Positions 36,796 through 48,599 of a DNA stretch of 64,000 bases are shown here, one piece after another. The translations under genes were made by a program, and so were the position numbers. Numbering within the stretch: position 1 is the first letter of the stretch; every line of letters starts with the position of its first letter. The notes beneath the pieces were generated by a model. It worked only from the letters and a program-made list of their open reading frames with translations, ran no database searches and had not been told where the DNA came from. Where the stretch lies: NCBI GenBank assembly GCA_038087875.1, contig CM075993.1:8558001-8622000 (forward strand). The letters run 5' to 3'. The DNA comes from Malacoraja senta (taxonomy: Eukaryota).

Positions 36796-39576
36796 TTTTG
36801 CATTCATCCTATTTATAGTTGTATCTATCTTTACTCTTGTATGCTATTTACTCTATGAGCTTTGTGCAAACAAGAAATTTCAATGCTTTCTGCTGTACAT
36901 GACAATAAACCAATCTGAATCATACACTGTCACAATGCAGGAATGTGCTCCTTACTGGAAGATCTCGTGAGGAATATTGGGATTAATGTAGGATTAAAGT
37001 CAAGACTTGGCACAGTCTTGGTGGGCTGAAGGGCGGTGAGGCGCCATGACCTTTGTGCGAGTATCTGAATGAGTATGCAGAAATGAAGAATAGAGCTATA
37101 AATAGAAAAGGTCAGAAAAAAATTGGCAGGTCTGACAACAACTGTGCAAAGAGAAACAAAGTTAAGGTTTCAGATCAATGATCAGAAAAAAACGTCATAA
37201 CTCAATCATCTTTTCAAGTGCAGGGAGGCGTGGAGGGAATGTGTGTGGAGACCAAGACATTACATTACTGAAAAACCTCAGAGGTGGTGGTGCGAGCTGA
37301 GATGGCAGATGTTAATCAGCTCTTTCTACTTGCATCTCCCTGAGCAGATCACCTGTGATTTATCCTTCCGATTATTAAAGGCAGAATGTGGCATATAATA
37401 TACAGTAATTGTACCACTTTAAGATTTAAGCAACCAACTGCTCCCCATGCAAATATTACAAGAATATTGAGGCAGAAGATTCTGGAAAGTCTGTCTCTGT
37501 AGAGAAAGCTCCTGTCTGCCTGGGTTTAGCATGCACGCCCTAATAAATTACTGCTTGTCTTGGTAAGTTATTTTGTTTAATAGAGCACTTTGCTAGTTTA
37601 AATCTTGAGTTATCTTCTGAAGAAGGGTCTCGAACCAAAACTTCACCCATTCCTTCTATCCAGAGATGCAGCCTGCCTCACTGAGTTACTCCGGCAATTT
37701 GTGTCTATCTTCCCCTACTTGAATTTGGCTTGATTGTATTTTAGTACATATTATCTGATTTGATTAGATAACATGGAAAACAAAGTGTTTCACTGTACCT
37801 CAGCTCACGTGAGAATAATGTACCTTAACCTAAACTTTTTCACCTCTTATTCTGCTTTGATAGCTTACAACCCAACGTTATGAACATTGAATTGTCCAAT
37901 TTCAGGAAATACCTCCCTATTCCCTTTCATTCCTTGCCCCCCTCACGCCGTGCGCACCCATTTCTCCCAGTCTCCAACCTCTGCAGTCACCCTGCTCCTT
38001 TGCCCTTCGTTGTAGAATCTTATCCCATCCCCAAGTCTCCTATTTCCCTTTTATCCCTTCACTGTCCTCTTCCCCCCCGTCCTCTTCCACCTATATCCCT
38101 TCCTCTGGCTTTAAATTTCCCTCCCCCCCCCCTCACCTCTATCTCTTGTCATGCTTTGTCCAGTCCCCACCTCTCTTTTTGTTTCCTCCTCTCTACTACA
38201 GTCAGTCTGTAGAAGGCCCCTGACCCAAAACATCACCTGTGCATTCCTTGCCTGATCTGCTTACTTCCTCTGGAACTTTGTATTTTGCTCAAGATGACAG
38301 CAGCTACAATTCCTTGTGTTCCCCTTTTCTCCTGTTCCCACGTGAAAGAGTTGGGGCTGAGCTAGATTCTCGGTGTTTTATTCAGTGAGACTCTAGATGA
38401 AAATTATGAGCTTCTGTTAATACTCTTGGTTAAGGAGCGGTAGACCTTAGCTAAGTTTTGCCCGTGGAATGTCTGGCTGGTTTACTGCTATGAAAACAAT
38501 CAGCTTGCAAAACTGAGACCAACAGAGAGCTTTGCCTGAAGCAACATTACTCGGCGAACTGTCTGCCCTTCTTGTAATTATTGTAATCTTACTTATAGTG
38601 CAACAACGTAAAAATGTATTAACAACCGTCCTGTTGCCAAACTATAGGTAGAGATGTCTCCCTTAGCGCCTGATCATGCACACTGATCGTGTTGAAGAGT
38701 GGTGAGACCGAGAGAGCAGCAGGGCAAGTGGAAATGTTGTGATAGTCGGTATTATCACAGCCATTAACGACTCTGCCAGTGCCGAGGGCTATTGTTAGAT
38801 GCCTCTAGAGTATCAGGACATGATTGGACGCAGGTGGCAGTTTGCTTTGTTATCCCTGTCTCCGAGAATAGAGGGAGGGATCCCTTGTCCTGAAGAGTTA
38901 ATTTTGACTGGCTTCAAGGTCTACTCCCTCCATTTTGTTTAATCACCACCCTCAGCAAATCAGGGCTTTATCCCATGGGCAGGGGATGTGCCTGCTAAAA
39001 GGGGAGATGGTGAATGGGACAAGGGAATTCTCAAGCCCTCACCTTAAGAATATAAGAAACAGGAGCAGGAGTTGGCCATCCAGTCCATCGAGCCTGCTCA
39101 CCCTCCTTCAGGATCATGACTGATCTACCAATACCCTGCACTGTTCCCATGTTCCTCGATTGTCTTCACATTCAGCCTCCACATCCCTCTGGGTTTTACT
39201 GTTTTGTACATCTTAGTAGACCACACATCCTAGTAGATGTTCCCACCCACTCACTTGGCTTGATCATTTCCCCCTAAAACCTCTCTACATCCTCCTATTT
39301 GTATCACCAGCAAATATGCTAATATGACTCTTTGACATATGCCATTTTGTGCCCTCTGCCAAATTGTTAATATAGATCATGAAGTGATCATGCAGTGATT
39401 GCCTCCCTACAATCCATATGATCTCAGGGAAGATGTGTTCCTCTCGCTTCCAAAAGACGTTCGGGTTGGTGGGTTAATTGCTCCCAGTGTGTAAATGAAT
39501 GGTACAATCTGGGGGAATTGATGGCAATGTGGGAAGAATAAGATTAATAAGGAAGGATCAGTATAAATGGGTACTT

Positions 39577-39935
39577 AGAGTCATAGAGTGATACAGCATG
39601 GAAACAGGCCCAACTCGCCCATACATGTCCCAGCTACACTAGTCCCACCTGCCTGTGGTTGGTCCATATCCCTCCAAACCTGTCCTATCCATGTACCTGT
39701 CTAACTGTTTCTTAAACATTGGGATAGTCCCTGCCGCAACTAGCTCCTCTGGCAGCTTATTCCATGCATCAAGCACTCTTTAAGTGAAAAAGTTAGCCTT
39801 TGTGTGAAAAAGATTCCTATTCTTTTTTTCCCCCTTCACCTTAAACCAATGTCCTCTGATCCTCGATTCACCTACTTTGGGCAATAGACTCTGTGCATCT
39901 ACCTGATCTATTCCTCTCATGATTTTATACACCTG
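39577..39935 (-). mobile_element. CR1/HER1-like LINE 3' fragment
   Basis: Near-identical in layout to 58932-59300; tail reads TAGAGTCATAGAG on the + strand. Confidence 0.85.
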
Positions 39936-40534
39936 ACGGTTGGTAGCTGAAGCGCCTGTTTCTGTGTTGTATCGCTCGGTAGTTTTGGAAATTTGGTTGT
40001 TTCATAATTATTTTTATGAAGACTAACTTGTTAACGTGATTCCAAATTTTATTTAATTACTTTAATTTAAATTCCCAGCTGCCATGGTGGGATCTGACCT
40101 GGATAAGTAGTACAAATCTCTGGCTGCTGAACCTGTGAGTTAATCACCATGCTACCATATCCTTTCAGGTACAGAACATCTTACTGAAAGCTAGAGTAAA
40201 CCGGAGGACCAAGTGACATTCCCTGCCCCTTTTTTATATTTCTTTTTCCAAAGAAACATTTGCAAATACACAATATAGTGCATTGATAAGTTGCCATTCA
40301 TAAGATCTTGTGCAGCTGTGACAAGTTGGATGTGGAGAGCATGTTTTCTCCTGTGGGAGAATCTAGAACTAGGGAATCAATGTTTAAAAATAAGTGTTCA
40401 CCAATTTAAAATGGTGATGAGGCAATTTTTTTAACGCTCTTCCCCAAGTGGAAGCAGAGTGTGTGAATATTTTTAAATAGACTAATTCTTGATAGGCAAT
40501 ATGCTAAAACGTTAGCGTGGGTAGATGAGGATGT

Positions 40535-40812
40535 CTTCTTCTTCTTCTGTCGTATGTCTTTTAGACCTGCAGCTCCGTTGAGGCGAGCCAGGTCAACGTG
40601 TCATTGTCCAGGTCAATCAGACCTCGTTCACCATTCGGTGGCCGGTGTTTGGGGCAACTGGTGACTATGTGCTCCACTGTCTGTGTTGGGTCTCCACACT
40701 CGCTGGAGGTGCTGTCCACGAGGCCCCACCTCTTCATCGCTACTCCATAGCGTCCGATGCCTCTCCTCAAGCAGTTGAGGGTTGTCCACTGTCGGTAGAG
40801 GGTTGTCCAATA
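40535..40812 (-). mobile_element. Vingi/Ingi-like LINE 3' end with (GAA)n tail and 7-bp TSD, inserted into a CR1 fragment
   Basis: ORF GIGRYGVAMKRWGL...ECGDPTQTVEHIVTSCP (C-terminal zinc-knuckle-like). TSD AGGATGT at 40528-40534 and 40813-40819. Confidence 0.7.
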
Positions 40813-42499
40813 AGGATGTGAAGTTGAAGTTACAGTTCAATCAGCCATGATCTTACCGAATAGCAGAGCAGGGAGTGTGGTGCTGAATGGCCTATTCCTG
40901 CTTCTAATTCAGATAGTTGCATGTTTAAAACCAAAATCTGTTTTCAAGATTTACATCACATCAGGATGATAGCAATTTTTCTACCACAATCAATTCCTGA
41001 GTATTTAATCTGCTTCCAACCCTTGGAGAAACCATGACCTTTTTCACTTTTTCATATGTTTTAATATAATTGGAAATCCAAGCTGATCCAGTTTTAAACC
41101 TGAAGCTTGACCACAAATAGGAGATCTATCAATGAAGGGCTCTCAGAAGACACGGAGCATTGTCCTTGCAGGGAGTCTGTGCCAATAGACATGAGGAGAA
41201 GAGAGAAGTAGAATCAGAGTTAAATGATCAATGGTTATAAATACTGTCAGGTGAAACTGTTGGATCCCAGTGAAATATTGGTGCTCAAGGAAGTTGGAGG
41301 TATTTGTATCACACCTTGTATACTTCCAGACACTCCAAAATCCTCGGGTTTATGGATTGATGTATTATAAGGTGTAGGAGCAGTCTGAAAGTTCAGTAAA
41401 TAGCAGCCTGTTTGCACAAAGCAACCTAAATGTACTCATGGTCAGAAGGTTTGTTACAGAATTTACTTTCTACTTTTCTTGAGTTAAACCATTGGAACAT
41501 TTCCATCCCATCTATGCGATTAGTTTAAGTGCCAGGGCAGGACAGTGCAGCAGGCCCTCGGTGCATAGCTTATGCAGGAGTTAAGTTGTACCTCTGCCAT
41601 TTGGTTACTGAGGCAGTAGGCACTTGTACCTTCAAGCATTGAAAGATCAAGCATTGTCCACACTAGTGATAGGTATCAAGAGGAGACTGGAAGCTGTGCC
41701 ACAAACGTATTGCATGAATGGTGGGATAAACCTTCACTTTAGTCAAAAGATTATGAACCGTAAAAGAGGATGGCAAATTTTCCAGTCCTTAATGGGCTGA
41801 TAATTAAGTGAGTTCCAGAGCAGTGGGTATTCCTGATTGTTGGATAGTCATAGATGGTGAGCAGTTGGTAAAGCAAGAAAAACAAGAGAAGTAGCCACAA
41901 GGCACACATGACTGGTCAGGACTGGAACGGCCACATGTGCTCAAAATTTGATGTGGAAAGCGAAACAGCCAGTTGCAGAAGCAGGAAGAAATGGTTTGTG
42001 TGAAAGTTCAGTTATCGAAGACTGAGACAGAATTAACTTTTTAACAATTACATCAGGGACACGGAAGCTTGTAAAGAGGTTGTGATTTCTGTTGAATGAG
42101 TGCCCATTGTTCTTGGCTAAGGAAAGCAAGCTCTTCTACCATTACATCTGACTCAAGAACAGCCCCACAGAGGTCAACCTAAAGAGTTTTGATGGAGACC
42201 AGACAATTAAGAGCCTGTCACGCATAAGCCTACCCACGAGTCTGGAGAAGGAAATAATGATGCCAGGACTCTAGCTCAAGGGAGGAAGAGGACAAACAAG
42301 CAAGTGGTTGGAAAATGAGAATTATTTTATGTTTCATTAAAAAAATGAACATTTTATCAAGGAAGTAATTAAGGTAAAACTGAACCAGTGTATAATTGAG
42401 AATGATGTAGCTGCGCTAAAATTAATGCTTCTCTTAAGACATTTAAATTAATAATACCTTGTTTTATTAAAGTTATAAAAACTGAAATCACACAACAGA

Positions 42500-43025
42500 T
42501 GTTAGTGAGACTGCACCTGGAGATTTGTGAGCTGTTCTGGTTGCCATACTATAGGAAGAATGTGATATAGCCAAACAGGATGGAGAAAAGATTCCCGAGG
42601 ATGTTGCCAGGACTGGAGAGCTTCAATTATAAGGAGAGACCGGATACGGTGGAACTGTTTTCCCTGGAGTGAAGGAGGCTGAGGAGTAACTTTTATAAAG
42701 GTTTATAAAATCATGAGGGGCATAGATAAGACAAATGGTTACAGTCTCTTTTCCACATTAGAGGAGTTTATAACCAGACAGCATAGTTGTAAGGTGAGAG
42801 GTTAAAGATTTAAAGAGGATCTTGGAATGATGTTTATCACGCAGAGGAAAAGCAGGTATATGGAACAAGCAGCCAGAGGAAATGGTAGAGGTGAGTACAA
42901 TTATGACATCTAAGAGACATTTGGATAAGAAAGTTTTAGTGAGATATGAGCCAATAGCAGGCATATGAAACCAGCTCCGGAAGGCATCTTAGTCAGCATG
43001 TCTGGGGCCTGTCCATGCTGTACAT
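42500..43025 (+). mobile_element. Older CR1 LINE 3' fragment
   Basis: GTGAGACTGCACCTGGAG...TCCCTGGAGTGAAGGAGGCTGAGG pattern of the CR1 RT C-terminus. Confidence 0.75.
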
Positions 43026-43614
43026 AGGAAGATCAGGAAATTCATGTTTGCTCTTGTTCCATCCATGTTTGACGTGAACCAAAACTTGAAACTGAAAGAC
43101 TAATCAAAGCTAGCATCCTGCCTTGACACGCTCGTCCAGCCAAGAGGCATTCTCAGCAGAGCAAAGTGCAAGAGATGAGCCCTGAGTTGGATTGACTGAA
43201 ACTGAAGCAGTCAGGAATCTGCACAAGAAAGCAGCAAGATGGGGGTCAGAAATAAAGGGGATGTCCAACTTGGTCCTTTCAAATGAACAATGTCTCGAAC
43301 AGTTATAGCAAATAAATGAACTGTTGACAGAAACTGGGATGCAGTTGACAGAAACTCTGTGCAGTGTCACAAGGAAGACTGACCAGAAAGACTTCAGCAA
43401 ATGTCCATGGACTGACTACAACAAAGAATGGATGCAGAAGGGGAAGAATGTGGCAAATGAACCATCCTACTAGAGAGTGGTCCTGAGCTACCATCTATGT
43501 CATTGGAGACCCACAGACTATCTTTGATCGAACTTTACTGGACTTTATCTTGCACTAAACCCTATCACCTTTATCTTGCATCTGTTCACTGTGGACGGCT
43601 TAATTGTAATCATG

Positions 43615-44475
43615 ATTTGATTTGATTTGATTTGATTTAACTTATTGTCATTGTCTTCAATTTAGAGACAACAAAATTCTCTTTCCCTTACAGTCATACA
43701 AAAAATAAAATTAAAAAAACACAAAAACACGGAACACAGTAGTCCACAACACAAACATCCCCACAGCGGCACCAAAGTTCCCCACTGTGAGGGAAGGAAC
43801 TAAAGTCCAGTCAACCTCCTCACTGATGTTCCCCAATGTTCACCCGTGGTCGGGGCCTCCCGAGCACCCTGTAGTCGCCGGGAACGATGGAACCCCGACG
43901 TCGAACAGGAGAGATTTTAATCCTCAGCGGCCTGGACCTCTGAATCGGCCACCCTCCACGGCTCCCGATGTCCACAGGCCGCGCTGGGCGGAGATTCGCA
44001 CTGGCGACCCCCGGCAAAGGGTCCCAGGACTTCGCGATGTTAAAGTCAGGGTTGGGAGCTCCACACCCACAGCTCCGCGATGTTGGAGCAGCGGCCCAAC
44101 ACTCCGGAGCTCCAAGCGGCGATCCCAGGTAAGGCCTCGCCCGCTCCGCGATGTATCGAGCGCAGCGCCGCAGCTGCTGAAGCTCTGGTCCGGTCCCGGC
44201 AGGAAAGGCCGCGCCAATCCAGTTGGTAGGCCGCGAGGGGGGGGGGGGGGAGGCGAGGACGCGACTCGGATAATAGCCACATCCTCGCCAGGAAGCGACT
44301 GAAGGACGGTTTCCCCCTTACCCTACCCGCTTCCCCCCACATAAAATACTGAAAAAAACTAAAAAAACACTCTAAACATAACAAAAAATAAAAAAGACAA
44401 CCAGACCGTGGGCGGAGGCAGCCAGTAACAGCTCCACCGGATGTCCATAATGAGAAATTGTGTACCGTGTACCGA
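43615..44475 (-). mobile_element. GC-rich non-autonomous retroposon with (AAATC)n tail, inserted into a LINE 3'UTR
   Basis: (ATTTG)n plus TTATTGTCATTGTC at the left end, which is TGACAATAA plus a microsatellite tail on the - strand. The host LINE tail TTGTAATCAT|GTATAGTCTTT is split around it (intact version at about 35930-36020). Confidence 0.6.
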
Positions 44476-45496
44476 GGTATAGTCTTTCTACTGACTGAAT
44501 AGCACGCAACAAAAAAGCTTTTCACTATACCTCGGTAAACGTGACAATAAACAAAACTAGACCTCTCGTATGCAAAGGGTGAATTGCCCGATCTCCCTAC
44601 GTACCTCATTGCAGTCTATGCATTTTTTTTACCTGCACTTTCTTTGTATCTGCAACATTATATTCTACACTCTGTTTATTTTCTCTTTTCACTACCCGAT
44701 GTATTCACGTAAGATATGATTTGCCTGAATAACACATAAAACAATTTTTTTTCATTGTAAATCAGTACACGTGACAATAATAAACCAATATCGATAACCT
44801 GTGATCCTCCGCTCTCTAAGCAGTGTTGAAGTCCCTCATGCCAGGAATCTTTTTTGGTAAATTCCTTGTCCTTTAAAAAACTTTCATTTATTTTGTACAA
44901 TCTGGCATCCAGAATGAGATGTTTCTGGACTAGTGTTTTATGAAGATTTATTGTGATTTCTTTGCTGTTGTACATTTTGCTTGCTAAAGGCCTGAGGTCC
45001 TATATCCTATCTCAACCTGCCCTGTCATTTTCAAGGACTAGTATACATTTACAAGCAGATGTCTGTTCTTGTACCTTTTTTCAGAATTCTGCTCTCTGGT
45101 TTATATTATCTCATTCCGTTATTCCCGCAAAAAAATAACACTTTTAAGTTCCCAGCATTAAACTTCATCTGCAATCTACCTGACCCTTCCATGAGTCTCT
45201 ATAACTCATTTATTACTGTACTCATATAGTGTAAGTGGTACTAAACATGGATGATAGCATAGCAGAGCACATAAAGTATTCTTCCAATTATGTACAGCAT
45301 AATTTTTGTTTATGTGAGTTATTTGCCCACCAACCTTATCTATGTCTGTGTTTTCCCGTTTATCCTGTGGCTGTTTTGCAGGTAGTTAAACAGTGACATG
45401 CTCTGAGATCCTGTCATAACCTGTGGTATTCTCCACCTTCCATTCTCTCTCATTATCCCAGCACCAGACAGCAGCCTAAACAGGAGCTGCCTGATA

Positions 45497-47110
45497 CAGT
45501 GGCTTGCAAAAGTTTTCATACCCCTTGAACTTTTCCACATTTTGTCACGTTACAACCACAAACGTAAATGTATTTTATTGGGATTTTATGTGATAGACCA
45601 ACACAAAGTGGTGCATAATTGTGAAGTGGAAGGAAAATGATACATGGTTTTCAAATTTTTTTACAAATAAAAAACTGAAAAGTGTCGCGTGCAAAAGTAT
45701 TCAGCCCCCCTGAGTCAATACTTTGTAGAACCACCTTTCGCTGCAATTACAGCTGCAAGTCTTTTGGGGTATGTCTCTACCAGCTTTACACATCTAGAGA
45801 CTGATATTTTTGCCCATTCTTCTTTGCAAAATAGCTCAAGCTCAGTCAGATTGGATGGAGAGCGTCTGTGAACAGCAATTTTCAAGTCTTGCCAGAGATT
45901 CTCAATTGGATTTAGGTCTGGACTTCGACTGGGCCATTCTAACACATGAATATGCTTTGATCTAAACCATTCCATTGTAGCTCTGGCTGTATGTTTAGGG
46001 TCGTTGTCCTGCTGGAAGTTGAACCTCCGCCCCAGTCTCAAGTCTTTTGCAGACTCTAACAGGTTTTCTTCCAAGATTGCCCTGTATTTGGCTCCATCCA
46101 TCTTCCCATCAACTCTGACCAGCTTCCCTGTCCCTGCTGAAGAAAAGCATCCCCACAGCATGATGCTGCCACCACCATGTTTCACAGTGGGGATGGTGTG
46201 TTCAGGGTGATGTGCAGTGTTAGGTTTCCGCCACACATAGCGTTTTGCATTTAGGCCAAAAACTTCAATTTTGGACTCATCTGACCAGAGCACCTTCCTC
46301 CACATGTTTGCTGTGTCCCCCACATGGCTTGTGGCAAACTGCAAACGGGACTTCTTATGGCTTTTTTTCAACAATGGCTTTCTTCTTGCCACTCTTCCAT
46401 AAAGGCCCGATTTGTGGAGTGCACGACTAATAGTTGTCCTGTGGACAGATTCTCCCACCTGAGCTGTGGATCTCTGCAGCTCCTCCAGAGTTACCATGGG
46501 CCTCTTGGCTGCTTCTCTGATCAATGCTCTCCTTGCCCGGCCTGTCAGTTTAGGTGGACGGCCATGTCTTGGTAGGTTTGCAGTTGTGCCATACTCTTTC
46601 CATTTTCGGATGATGGATTGAACAGTGCTCCGTGAGATGTTCAAAGCTTGGGATATTTTTTTATAACCTAACCCTGCTTTAAACTTCTCCACAACTTTAT
46701 CCCTGACCTGTCTGGTGTGTTCCTTGGGCTTCATGATGCTGTTTGTTCACTAATGTTCTCTAACAAACCTCTGAGGCCTTCACAGAACAGCTGTATTTAT
46801 ACTGAGATTAGATTACACACAAGTGGACATTTACTAATTAGGTGACTTCTGAAGGCAATTGGTTGCACTGGATTTTATTTAGGGGTATCAGAGTAAAGGG
46901 GGCTGAATACTTTTGCACGCGACACTTTTCAGTTTTTTATTTGTAAAAAAATTTGAAAACCATGTATCATTTTCCTTCCACTTCACAATTATGCGCCACT
47001 TTGTGTTGGTCTATCACATAAAATTCCAATAAAATACATTTACGTTTGTGGTTGTAACGTGACAAAATGTGAAAAAGTTCAAGGGGTATGAATACTTTTG
47101 CAAGCCACTG
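45497..47110 (-). mobile_element. Full-length Tc1 (IR/DR type, Passport-like) DNA transposon, 1614 bp
   Basis: TA duplication at 45495-45496 and 47111-47112. 213-bp TIRs (45497-45709, 46898-47110) with 4 mismatches counted by eye; outer and inner direct repeats TGCAAAAGTATTCA. Confidence 0.98.
45715..46734 (-). CDS. Intact Tc1 transposase, 339 aa, DD34E
   Basis: Uninterrupted ATG-to-stop ORF. Paired-like HTH region, GRPPK linker, basic ARRKPLLKK, and WSDE / QQDNDPKH / SPDLNPIE with 34 residues between the second D and the E. Confidence 0.96.
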   Translation of the reverse strand: MKPKEHTRQVRDKVVEKFKAGLGYKKISQALNISRSTVQSIIRKWKEYGTTANLPRHGRPPKLTGRARRALIREAAKRPMVTLEELQRSTAQVGESVHRTTISRALHKSGLYGRVARRKPLLKKSHKKSRLQFATSHVGDTANMWRKVLWSDESKIEVFGLNAKRYVWRKPNTAHHPEHTIPTVKHGGGSIMLWGCFSSAGTGKLVRVDGKMDGAKYRAILEENLLESAKDLRLGRRFNFQQDNDPKHTARATMEWFRSKHIHVLEWPSRSPDLNPIENLWQDLKIAVHRRSPSNLTELELFCKEEWAKISVSRCVKLVETYPKRLAAVIAAKGGSTKY

Positions 47111-47179
47111 TAGGTATATGAAAAAACTTGTAATGATGGGGAAGGGCGGGCTGTGCTTTTGGCTGGATTATTCATGTAT

Positions 47180-48083
47180 AGGGGGGTTGCACGTAAGGTC
47201 ACCGGGTCATAGGGCTTGACGCACGGAGCCGCTCAATCCATCTGGAGGACATCCGTCACTTCCGGTTTATGTTATTAATACAAGAAACGCGTACTTTCCT
47301 ACCTGTTAAAAACCGCCAAAATGTTGGATTTTTTCGCTGTAAAAAATTGTGGAAGTCGGGGTAAGTGTGAGAGACATGTACCCAACTTCAGAATTCCAAA
47401 AGTGAAGCGAAATGAAGGTAAAGAGAAGCGAGAGCTGGAGGGACAACAGCAGCTAAACTGCTTGGCGAACATTGGCCGTGCAGATATCGGAATTGGAAAT
47501 ATTGGGAATTATCGCGTTTGCTCACTGCATTTCATCAACAGTAAGGCATTATTTGTGTTTTTTCTTGATTCCTTTGGTATCTAAGAAGTCTCAGAAGTGA
47601 TAAATCTGGCTGTAAATTTTGCTTCAGAGGGGTTTTCTTTTTGTATGTAAAAACCCACTTGAGAACCATGGGCGATTTTAAAATTTTACAGCCAGATTTA
47701 TCACTTCTGAAACTTTTTAGATGCCAAAGGAATCAAGAAAACCCCCACAAATAATGCCTTTCTGTTGATGAAATGCAGTGAGCAAACGGCCAAGGTACGC
47801 CAAGCACTTTGGCTGTTGTTGTCCCTTCAGCTCTCGCTTCTATCTACCGTTATTTCTACTCACTTTTGGAATTCTGAAGTAGGCTAAATGTCTCTCACGC
47901 TTATCCCGATTTCCATAATTATTTACAGCGCAAAAACTGACAATTTCGGCGGGTTTTAACGGGCCCGCTACGCTGGAAACAATGGTAAGTGCTTGCCTTC
48001 AGTTCATCGCGTGTACTCCACTTGGCGTAGCGTAGCAACAGCACGGGTCATGGGTCGTGACCCGACTGCCGTGAAACCTCCCT
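47180..48083. mobile_element. Palindromic MITE-like element with THAP-domain remnants (ISL2EU/Harbinger-like)
   Basis: AT flanks at 47178-47179 and 48084-48085. Termini AGGGGGGTTGCACG / CGTGAAACCTCCCT. Long internal inverted arms at about 47300-47620 versus 47675-47960. ORF 47321-47584 reads AVKNC...FRIPK...RVCSLHFI. Confidence 0.8.
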
Positions 48084-48599
48084 ATAGAGCTAGCAGAGAC
48101 CATCCCTAAATTCCGTGCCTGTTCACGAGTTTGTCTAAATACCTCTTTAAATTGCTTTAGTAAGAGGGAGAAGTTAGTATTAGATGCTTCAAAATGGAGG
48201 CAGTTAACTTCTGCAAGCTGATCTCTCAATTGGGGCCGTTGAGTGTGACTCCCTGCATCCTGTTGAATTTCTCATTGCCTCTGGGATTAGCCACAAGTAG
48301 CTAAATCCCGCATCATAAACGCCCTGATCAATGCCGAATGTAATGGGCTTTGGTATGGTGCTCTTTCTACAGGGAATGGTCCTCGGGATACTCTCTTGAA
48401 TCCCATTTAGTTTGGGATTCCCACTTCAACTATCACTCTTTTAAAGATAGTAATTTCTCGTCAGACCGTCAGATGTGGTGCGAAAAGTCACGCAAGATTC
48501 TCCCTGGTGTGAGACGGATGTATATAGTGCTCTGAGGTTTATGCCTGTAGCTTTGTGGTTTGGTGTGGGAGGTGGTTTGAATATTTTCTCTTAACCACA

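Noticed and set aside
41130..42440. Possible ancient LTR-element integrase/PPT relic
   Set aside because: Only a purine tract at about 42278 and a vague resemblance; no motif could be read with confidence.
43787..44609. 171-aa and 187-aa ORFs as host genes
   Set aside because: GC-rich chance ORFs within a retroposon-like insertion; no domains.
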